DNA of 64,000 nucleotides from Solirubrobacteraceae bacterium. GTDB taxonomy: Bacteria > Actinomycetota > Thermoleophilia > Solirubrobacterales > Solirubrobacteraceae. The notes beneath the pieces were generated by a model. It saw only the letters and a list, made by a program, of their open reading frames with translations. It did not search any database and was not told the DNA's origin. The DNA lies in contig DATCBT010000008.1 of NCBI GenBank assembly GCA_036511695.1, forward strand, positions 33,137 through 97,136, read 5' to 3'. Of the stretch, positions 56,132 to 64,000 are shown one piece after another (positions within the stretch are counted from its first letter, which is position 1; the number at the start of each line of letters is the position of its first letter). A program made the translations under genes and the position numbers.

Positions 56132-58612
56132 CTAGTCGCTGATGGCGACTGCCGGCTGGGTGGGCGAGGATTCCAATCCAGCGAGCACCCGTGGCAGGTC
56201 CGCCTCGGTGATCAGCACCTGACGGGGCTTCGATCCCTCATAGCCGGAGATCACCCCGCGCCGCTCGAGCATGTCGATCACGCGCCCGGCGCGCGTGTAC
56301 CCCAGTCGCAGGCGGCGCTGCAGCATCGAGGTCGACGCCGTCTGCATTTCCGCCACCAGCGTGATCGCGTCTCTGAGCAACGGGTCCTCGTCGGGGTCGA
56401 ACTCGTCCGGGGGGCCCTCCGGCGCGGTCGGCTCGACCTCCTCGAGCAGCTCCTCGCGCAGCTCCGGCTCTCCCTGGCGGCGCCACAGGTCGGTCAGCTT
56501 CGCGATCTGCGCCTCGTCGATATACGCGCCCTGGATGCGCTGCAGGCGCGAGGTCCCCACCGGGCTGAACAGCATGTCCCCCTGCCCCAGCAGCGACTCC
56601 GCGCCGTTCTGGTCGAGGATCACGCGCGAGTCTGTCTGGCTCGAGACCGCGAAGGCGATGCGCGAGGGCACGTTCGCCTTGATCATGCCCGTGATCACGT
56701 CCACCCGCGGGCTCTGCGTCGCGAGCACCAGGTGGATCCCCACCGCGCGCGCCTTCTGCGCGAGGCGGATGATCGAGTCCTCCACGTCGGCCGGCGCCAC
56801 CATCATCAGATCCGCGAGCTCGTCGATCACGCACAAGATGTAGGGCAGTGGCGCTTCGCCGCGCTTGGCGCGCGACTTGTTCAGTTCGATCAGGCTGCGT
56901 GTGCGCGCCATCGACATGATCCCGTAGCGCTGCTCCATCTCCTTGACAAGGTTCTGCAGCGCGTTCGCCGCCATCCGTGGGCTCGTGATCACAGGCGTCA
57001 GCAGGTGCGGGATCGACTCGTAGTGGTTCAGCTCGACCTGCTTGGGGTCGACCAGCACCAGGCGCACCTCGTGCGGCGTCGCGCGCAACAGGACGCTCGA
57101 GAGCATCGCGTTGATTGCGCCGGACTTGCCGGCGCCCGTCGTGCCGGCCACCAAAAGGTGTGGCATCTTCGCGAGATCTGCCCCGATCGCCTTGCCCGCC
57201 ACGTCCTTGCCCAGCCAGACCGTCAGCGGCGACCAGTCCTTCGGCGGCTGCTGGAACACATCTCCCAGCTTCACGATCCGGCGGTGGGCGTTGGGCACCT
57301 CGACCCCCACCGCCTGCTTGCCCGGGATCGGCGCGAGGATGCGGATGTCGGTCGCCGCCAGGGCATAGGCCAAGTCGTCCTTCAGCTGGGCGACCTTCGC
57401 GACCTTCGTCCCCGGCGCCAGGCGCAGCTCGTAGCGCGTGATGTGCGGCCCCGCAACCGTCCCGATCACCTTCGCCTGCACGCCGAAATGACCCAGCGCC
57501 TCGGTCAAGCTCGTCGCCGTGCGCTCCTGTCCTGCCGTGTCCGGCCGTGTCTGATCAGCCGTCGAGCGCGCCAGCAAGCGCTCGGCCGGCGGCAGCTCCC
57601 ACACGAAGCTCGGGTCGTCGGTAATCGCCTCGCGCAGCCTGCCCTGCGGGGTCAGATGCTCTGGATCGGCGACGGCCACTCCGGGGATCGACTCCTCCGG
57701 CTCAACCTCTTCGACCTGATCCTCAACCTCGTTCTCGATCGGATCCACCGCTTCGTCCACCGGATCCGATTCCCATGCCGCCGGGGGCTCGTCCAGCGAT
57801 GGGGCCTCCACATGGGTCGCCCTCACGATCAGCTCCTGCGGCTCGGGCTCGGGGGGATGCAAGGACTCGGACGCTTCCCGCACGGCGGTCCGCGGCCGGT
57901 GGGCTTTCAGCATTCTTGTCGTATCCGCGACGCCGCTGCCCGTGGCCCGAATCGCGCTCGCCAGCGACGCCCCCGTCAGCAGGATCACGCCGACCAAAAA
58001 CAGGAAGACCACGAGGATGTCCACACCCACGCTCTGCACCAACCGGTGCGAGGCCTGGTAGAGCGCCTCGCCCACGACGCCGCCGTGCGCCTGCAGGAAG
58101 GCCGAGGTCCACGACGCGCCCTTGGATGAGGCCCCCCCCACCCCCGAGCTCACGCCGGCCGTGCCCGCCGCCAGCGCGAGCACGATCGAGGCCGACAGAC
58201 AGACCGCGCCGGTACGCAACGGGCGCAGCGCAGGCCAGACAGGGCGCAGCAACAGTGCCCCGCCACCGCCGACGAGCGCGATCGGCGCAAGCACCCTGGC
58301 CCTGCCGACCGTCCAGCCAAGCCCCACCGCGAGCCCGTGGCCGGCGCGACCACCATTCCAATGCCCCCACAGCACAAAGCCCATGAAGATCCCGACGGCG
58401 ACCAGCCCCAGGCCGATCACGTCGCGCTGACGCTGATCCAGCTCGGGCAGCCGCGGCAGGCCTGTAGGCAGCGAGAAACCGAGACCCGCGATGCCACGCC
58501 CCCTACGGCTTCTGCGGCGGCGGGGTCGTGCGCGTGTAGTACGCGTTCGCCGGGCGGTCGTCCTACGGGCAGCCGGTTTCCGAGCGGGGGCGCGCTTGCG
58601 AGTATTCGCCAT
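56132..58612 (-). CDS. ftsK: DNA translocase FtsK
   Basis: MPHLLVAGTTGAGKS, IDELADLMM, LATQ.P, gamma domain SMLQRRLRLGY.RA. Confidence 0.97.
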   Translation of the reverse strand: MANTRKRAPARKPAARRTTARRTRTTRARPRRRRSRRGRGIAGLGFSLPTGLPRLPELDQRQRDVIGLGLVAVGIFMGFVLWGHWNGGRAGHGLAVGLGWTVGRARVLAPIALVGGGGALLLRPVWPALRPLRTGAVCLSASIVLALAAGTAGVSSGVGGASSKGASWTSAFLQAHGGVVGEALYQASHRLVQSVGVDILVVFLFLVGVILLTGASLASAIRATGSGVADTTRMLKAHRPRTAVREASESLHPPEPEPQELIVRATHVEAPSLDEPPAAWESDPVDEAVDPIENEVEDQVEEVEPEESIPGVAVADPEHLTPQGRLREAITDDPSFVWELPPAERLLARSTADQTRPDTAGQERTATSLTEALGHFGVQAKVIGTVAGPHITRYELRLAPGTKVAKVAQLKDDLAYALAATDIRILAPIPGKQAVGVEVPNAHRRIVKLGDVFQQPPKDWSPLTVWLGKDVAGKAIGADLAKMPHLLVAGTTGAGKSGAINAMLSSVLLRATPHEVRLVLVDPKQVELNHYESIPHLLTPVITSPRMAANALQNLVKEMEQRYGIMSMARTRSLIELNKSRAKRGEAPLPYILCVIDELADLMMVAPADVEDSIIRLAQKARAVGIHLVLATQSPRVDVITGMIKANVPSRIAFAVSSQTDSRVILDQNGAESLLGQGDMLFSPVGTSRLQRIQGAYIDEAQIAKLTDLWRRQGEPELREELLEEVEPTAPEGPPDEFDPDEDPLLRDAITLVAEMQTASTSMLQRRLRLGYTRAGRVIDMLERRGVISGYEGSKPRQVLITEADLPRVLAGLESSPTQPAVAISD

Positions 58613-58714
58613 TCGCGCAACTTCGACATCTCTCCGCCAGACCCTCCCTGCGGCCGATCTCGATCGGCCCTTACGATTGCTTTAGCGCGCATCTGTTACA
58701 TAAAGACCCAGCTC

Positions 58715-59401
58715 ATGAACGATTTCTCTCGTGCACCCCGCGTCCTCGTCGTCGAGGACGATGAGGACATCGCCCAAGCGCTCCAGCGCTCGTTGCGCAT
58801 GGAGGGCTATGAGGTGCGCGCCGCCGCCGACGGTCCCGCCGCGCTCGAGCACGGCCGCTCGTTCGCACCCGACCTCGTGATCCTCGACCTCGGCCTACCG
58901 GGGCTCGACGGCCTCGAGGTCGCGCGCGCGCTGCGCGCCGATGACGACGTGCCGATCCTGATCCTCACCGCGCGCGATGCGCTCGAGTCCCGGGTCGAGG
59001 GTCTCGACGCGGGCGCCGACGATTACCTCGTCAAGCCGTTCGAGCGCCAGGAGCTGCTCGCGCGGATGCGTGCCCTGCTACGCCGGCGCCCGCCGCGCGG
59101 CTCGGCCCCCCTGCGCGTCGGCGACCTGCTGCTCAACGCCGACACGCACGAGGTGACGCGCGGCGAGCGCACGGTCGAGCTCACCCAGCGCGAGTTCGAG
59201 CTGCTCGAGTACCTGATGCGCAACGAGCGGATCGTGATCTCCCGCCAGCGCCTGCTCGACGAGGTGTGGGGCTATGACCCGTTCTCGACCACCAACACGA
59301 TCGAGGTGTTCGTCTCCAACGTGCGCCGCAAGCTCGAGGCCGACGGCGAGCCACGCTTGCTTCACACCATCAGGGGAGCCGGCTACGTCCTTCGCGCCTA
59401 G
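58715..59401 (+). CDS. OmpR-family response regulator (MprA/PrrA-like)
   Basis: VLVVEDD, ILDLGLP, GADDYLVKPF, LHTIRGAGY. Confidence 0.95.
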   Translation: MNDFSRAPRVLVVEDDEDIAQALQRSLRMEGYEVRAAADGPAALEHGRSFAPDLVILDLGLPGLDGLEVARALRADDDVPILILTARDALESRVEGLDAGADDYLVKPFERQELLARMRALLRRRPPRGSAPLRVGDLLLNADTHEVTRGERTVELTQREFELLEYLMRNERIVISRQRLLDEVWGYDPFSTTNTIEVFVSNVRRKLEADGEPRLLHTIRGAGYVLRA

Positions 59402-59416
59402 ATCGGCTGGCCGCCC

Positions 59417-60994
59417 TTGAACCCGGCGCACAAGCTTCTAGGCGCCCCCCGGCGCGCCGTCGAGCGCCTGACCGCGACGTTCGACCGGCTGCCGATCCGC
59501 GTGCGTCTGGCCGGCGTCTCGGCGCTGCTCACGTTCGTGATCCTGTTTGCCTTCGCGGTCGCCGTGGGCTCGCTCACGGTGCGCCGCATCCGCTCGGACT
59601 TCAACCGCCAGGTGGCCGACACCGCCCAGCAGCTGCCGTCTCATCTGAGCATCAAAGTCAACCCCGTGACCTTCCAGATCGTCGGCATCGAACCGCCGCT
59701 TGAGGATCTCGTCTCGAGCCAGCACACGGAAACGATCAGGATCCTCACGCTCGGCGGCACCGTGATCGCGGCCACGGGCAAAGCCCCGGCCCTGGGCGGC
59801 GCTTCGCTCCAGCCGCGGATCGTCAACGGATACCGCGTGCTCAGCCACCTCGCCACCGTCAGCTTTCAAGGCACGGGCGAGCAGATCGGCCAGGTGTATG
59901 TCCAGTACGGCCGCAGCGTCTCAGACACCGAGGCGACCGTCACGCGGGTCGAGCTGCTGCTGGTGCTCGGGGTGCTGATCGGGACCGGGCTGGCGCTGCT
60001 CGCGGGCATGACGATCGCGCGCCGCGCGATGGCCCCGATCGCGCGGCTGACCTCGAGCGCGGAGGAGATCGCGCGCACCCGCGATCCCTCGCGCGTCATG
60101 CCCCAGTCCGAGGCAGACGACGAGGTCTCCGAGCTCGCGCGCACACTGCAGGGGATGCTGCGCGAGCTCGATGCCGCGCGCGGCGAGACGGAGGCGATGC
60201 TCGTTCGCCAGCGGCGCTTCGTCGCCGATGCCTCGCACGAGCTGCGCACACCGCTGACGAGCGTGCTCGTCAACCTCGAGCTGCTCGCCGAGTCCCTGCA
60301 CGGGGACCAGGGCGAGGCGGCGCGCTCGGCCCTGCGCTCCTCACAGCGGATGCGCCGGCTGGTCGCGGATCTGCTGCTGCTGGCGCGCACCGACGTCGGG
60401 CGTGTGATCCCCCACGAGCCGTGCGCCCTGGACCAGATCGTCGTCGAGGCCGCCTCCGAGCTGGGGCCCGTCAGTGGCGCACATGAGATCTCGCTCGACG
60501 TCGGGCAGGCGGGATCGGTTCTCGTCGAGGGCTCCCGCGACGAACTCCACCGCCTCACGATCAATTTGCTCGAGAACGCGCTGCGCCACACGCCCGCCGG
60601 CACCGAGATCCGCGTGTCGTGCAGCCTCGAGCATGGGACCCAGGCCATCCTGATCGTCGAGGATGACGGCCCCGGCGTGCCCGAGCACCTGCGCGACACC
60701 CTGTTCGAGCGCTTCGTCCGTGGCGCCGGCGACCGCGGCGGCTCCTTCGGCCTAGGTCTCGCGATCGTCGCCGCCGTGGCCGAGTCCCACGGCGGCTCGG
60801 TCACGATCGAACCGACGGGCGAGCGTGACGGCGCCCCCTACGGCGCCCGCTTCGTCGTGCGCCTGCCGGCGGCCGACGGACTTGCTACCACCTTGTCTAG
60901 GGCGATCGATGAGCAAGCGATGCAAGGACGCAGCGAGCGTGGCGTGCTTAGCACGCGAGCGAGCGAGGACGCCACCGATCGGAAGATCGGCTAG
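59417..60994 (+). CDS. HAMP-domain sensor histidine kinase
   Basis: ADASHELRTPL, NLLENALRH, DDGPG, GLGLAIV. Confidence 0.95.
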   Translation: MNPAHKLLGAPRRAVERLTATFDRLPIRVRLAGVSALLTFVILFAFAVAVGSLTVRRIRSDFNRQVADTAQQLPSHLSIKVNPVTFQIVGIEPPLEDLVSSQHTETIRILTLGGTVIAATGKAPALGGASLQPRIVNGYRVLSHLATVSFQGTGEQIGQVYVQYGRSVSDTEATVTRVELLLVLGVLIGTGLALLAGMTIARRAMAPIARLTSSAEEIARTRDPSRVMPQSEADDEVSELARTLQGMLRELDAARGETEAMLVRQRRFVADASHELRTPLTSVLVNLELLAESLHGDQGEAARSALRSSQRMRRLVADLLLLARTDVGRVIPHEPCALDQIVVEAASELGPVSGAHEISLDVGQAGSVLVEGSRDELHRLTINLLENALRHTPAGTEIRVSCSLEHGTQAILIVEDDGPGVPEHLRDTLFERFVRGAGDRGGSFGLGLAIVAAVAESHGGSVTIEPTGERDGAPYGARFVVRLPAADGLATTLSRAIDEQAMQGRSERGVLSTRASEDATDRKIG

Positions 60995-61011
60995 CGCCGC
61001 TCAGCGGCGCC

Positions 61012-62682
61012 CTAGACCTCCACTACGACCGGCAACACCATTGGCCGCCGCTTGAGGCGGTCATAGACCAGCTTCGCCAGATCGTCGTGCAGCGCCTCCT
61101 GCAGGAGATCCACCTCCCGGATTTCCTCCTTGGCCGCGCGCTTCAGCGTTGCCTCGACGGTCGCCTTGATCTCATCTGAGAGCTTGTCGGCCTGGTCGAG
61201 GAACGGCACGCCGCGGAAGATCACCTCCGGGTCGACGACCGAGCGGCCATCCTGCTCGGCGATCGTCACGACCACGATGAAGATCCCGTCGGCCGAGAGC
61301 ATCCTACGGTCGCGCAGCGCCACGTCGGCCATGTCGCCGATCTCGACGCCGTCGACGAAGATCATCCCCGCCTGCTCGCGTTTGCCAAAGCGCGCGCCGC
61401 GCTCGTCGATCTCAAGCGGCAGTCCGTTCTCGCCCTGGAAGATGTCCTCCGGGGGCACGCCCACCGCTTCGGCGAGCTGCGCGTGCAGTCGCAGCCGCTT
61501 GAAGTCACCGTGAAATGGCATCACATAGCGCGGCTTGGTCAGGTTCAGCATCAGCTTGACCTCCTCGGCGTAACCGTGCCCGGAGGCGTGCACCGGCGCG
61601 TCGCTGGTCGTGATCACGTCGCAGCCGATGTGGTAGAGCCGGTCGATCGTCTCGTTCACCGCGCGCTCGTTGCCGGGGATCGGCGTGGCCGAGAAGACGA
61701 CGGTGTCGCCGCCCTTCAGCTGTACCTGGCGGTGATCGCGGTAGGCCATCCGGCGCAGCGCCGAGAGCGGCTCGCCCTGGGAGCCGGTCGAGATGATCAC
61801 GATGCGATCCTCGGGGAAGTCCTCGAGCTCGCGCGAGCCCACGAGCATGCCATCGGGAACCTCGATGTGCCCGAGTGAGCGTCCGATTTTCACGTTCTTG
61901 AGCATCGAGCGGCCGACCAGCACGACCTTGCGATCGAGCGCCGCGGCGGCGTCGACGACCTGCTGCACGCGGTGGATGTTCGAGGCGAAGCTCGTCACCA
62001 CGATGCGCCCCTCACAGCGGGCGAACACCTCCTCCAGGTGCGGCCCCACGCCCGACTCAGAGGGCGAGAAGCCCGGGCGGTCGACGTTCGTGGAGTCGCC
62101 GCAGAGCAGCAGCACGCCCTCCCTGCCCAGCTCCGCCAGGCGCGAGACGTCGGCCGGCGCGCCATCGACGGGCGTCTGGTCGAACTTGTAGTCGCCGGTG
62201 ATCAGCACCGTCCCGAGCTCGGTCCCCAGCGCGACCGCGCTCGAGTCGGGGATCGAGTGCGTCATGTGCACCATCTCCAGTGAGAACGGCCCCAGCTCCA
62301 GCGTGTCGGCGATCGCGACCTCGTTCAACGACACGTCGCGCAGCTTGTGCTCGTCGAGCTTCGAGCGCGCCATCGCGACCGTCAGCGGCCCCCCGTACAC
62401 CGGTGGCAGGTGGCCAGCCGCGCCAAGCTCGCGCAGGACCCAGGGCAACGCGCCGAGATGGTCCTCGTGGCCGTGGGTCACGACGATCGCCTCGATGTCC
62501 TTTGCGCGCTCGCGCAGGTAGGAGAAGTCGGGCAGCACCAGGTCGATCCCGATCATCTCCGGCGTCGGGAAACGCAGCCCGACATCGACCACGATGATCC
62601 GGCCGTCCTGCTCGACGACGGTCATGTTCTTGCCTATCTCCCCCAACCCGCCCAGGGGGAGTACGCGCAGCGTCGAACTCAC
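61012..62682 (-). CDS. rnj: Ribonuclease J
   Basis: PLGGLGEIGKNMT, THGHEDHLG, GSQGEP, HASGH. Confidence 0.97.
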   Translation of the reverse strand: MSSTLRVLPLGGLGEIGKNMTVVEQDGRIIVVDVGLRFPTPEMIGIDLVLPDFSYLRERAKDIEAIVVTHGHEDHLGALPWVLRELGAAGHLPPVYGGPLTVAMARSKLDEHKLRDVSLNEVAIADTLELGPFSLEMVHMTHSIPDSSAVALGTELGTVLITGDYKFDQTPVDGAPADVSRLAELGREGVLLLCGDSTNVDRPGFSPSESGVGPHLEEVFARCEGRIVVTSFASNIHRVQQVVDAAAALDRKVVLVGRSMLKNVKIGRSLGHIEVPDGMLVGSRELEDFPEDRIVIISTGSQGEPLSALRRMAYRDHRQVQLKGGDTVVFSATPIPGNERAVNETIDRLYHIGCDVITTSDAPVHASGHGYAEEVKLMLNLTKPRYVMPFHGDFKRLRLHAQLAEAVGVPPEDIFQGENGLPLEIDERGARFGKREQAGMIFVDGVEIGDMADVALRDRRMLSADGIFIVVVTIAEQDGRSVVDPEVIFRGVPFLDQADKLSDEIKATVEATLKRAAKEEIREVDLLQEALHDDLAKLVYDRLKRRPMVLPVVVEV

Positions 62683-63572
62683 GCGTGCGTGCCGATGGGT
62701 TGGGCCGGCATCAGACCGTGACGTTCGAGCATCGCCCTGACCGCCGCGGTCTCCTCGTCGGTCGCCTCCACGATCGGCAGGCGCACGCCGCCGGCGCGCA
62801 GGCCGAGCAGGTTCAGCGCAGCCTTCGTGCAGGTCGGGTTCGACGTCAGGAACAGCGTCCGATAGACATCCTGCAGCGAGGCGTCGATCTCCGCGCGGCG
62901 CTCCGGCTCGTCGACCATCCGGCGCATCTCGTTGCCGACGATATGACTGGCGACGAGGATGCCCCCGGCGCCGCCCATGTCCAGCGTGCGCGCGAACGTC
63001 GCGTCATCTCCCGCATACAGCTGGAGGCCCTCGATCGGCTGCAGCTCCTCGGCGTTGGCCTGCTTGACGCCGACGATGTTCTCGATCTGCGCCAGCTCCG
63101 CGAGCAGGTCCGCTCCCATGTTCGTCGCTGTCCTGCCCGGGATGTTGTAGAGCAAGATCGGTTTGTCGGTGGCCTTCGCGATCGCCTCGTAGTGGCGCCT
63201 CAGACCCAGCCGGCTCGGCTTGTTGTAGTAGGGCGTCACCGACAGCAGTGCGTCGGCGCCGAGCTCGGTCGCGCGTTCGGTCAGGAACACGGCCTCGCGC
63301 GTGTCGTTGGTGCCGACGCCCGCGACGATCGTCGCGGGGACACCTGGCCCGGAGGACAGGGTCGGGCGCTCTTTCACCGCCAGGTCGATCAGCCCCAGCT
63401 GCTCCTCATCGGTCAGCGTGGAGGCCTCGCCTGTCGTGCCGGCGACGACGAACCCGTCCGAGCCGTTCACCGCCAGATGGCGCATCAGCGCGACAAACGA
63501 ATCCTCGTCCACCTTCCCTTCCTCATCAAAGGGGGTGACGATCGCCGTCAGGATTGTGCCCAGGGCAGTCAT
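62679..63572 (-). CDS. dapA: 4-hydroxy-tetrahydrodipicolinate synthase
   Basis: TAIVTPF, GTTGE, TPYYNKP, LYNIPGRT. Confidence 0.97.
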   Translation of the reverse strand: MTALGTILTAIVTPFDEEGKVDEDSFVALMRHLAVNGSDGFVVAGTTGEASTLTDEEQLGLIDLAVKERPTLSSGPGVPATIVAGVGTNDTREAVFLTERATELGADALLSVTPYYNKPSRLGLRRHYEAIAKATDKPILLYNIPGRTATNMGADLLAELAQIENIVGVKQANAEELQPIEGLQLYAGDDATFARTLDMGGAGGILVASHIVGNEMRRMVDEPERRAEIDASLQDVYRTLFLTSNPTCTKAALNLLGLRAGGVRLPIVEATDEETAAVRAMLERHGLMPAQPIGTHA

Positions 63573-63607
63573 CGGCTGGAGTATCTCATGTGCACGCTCA
63601 CCGTTCC

Positions 63608-64000
<393 letters not shown>

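Noticed and set aside
55895..58129. 744-aa plus-strand ORF
   Set aside because: Antisense shadow of ftsK, typical of high-GC DNA; no recognisable motifs.

Overview
High-GC actinobacterial chromosome segment. Gene content and the Cys-rich secreted proteins suggest Thermoleophilia/Solirubrobacterales; this is an inference. The housekeeping backbone includes nadE, WS/DGAT, an acyl-CoA dehydrogenase pair, dinB, ccdA, a sigma-70 factor, crcB x2, degV, udg, murT/gatD, hflX-dapL-dapF-miaA, miaB-recA, cinA-rodZ-ftsK, an OmpR-type two-component system and rnj-dapA-dapB. Main points of interest: (1) a ~10.5 kb accessory block between cinA and recA encoding two giant secreted proteins with a shared basic two-Cys C-terminal tail, a TetR-wHTH regulator, an (AG)12 tract, vapBC, a MenT-like nucleotidyltransferase module and a PycTM-like membrane protein; (2) a DUF2600 terpene synthase cluster with a dirigent/AOC-like secreted barrel, a stand-alone copy of the giant protein's repeat domain and an ABC exporter; (3) an RlpA-like gene preceded by a CRP box, a LexA box and a c-di-AMP riboswitch; (4) two small inverted-repeat-bounded elements, a collapsed ABC operon remnant, a MiaA with an internal deletion and an 11-bp phased operator array. 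No tRNA, rRNA or CRISPR array was recognised. All calls come from reading the sequence; no database search was run.
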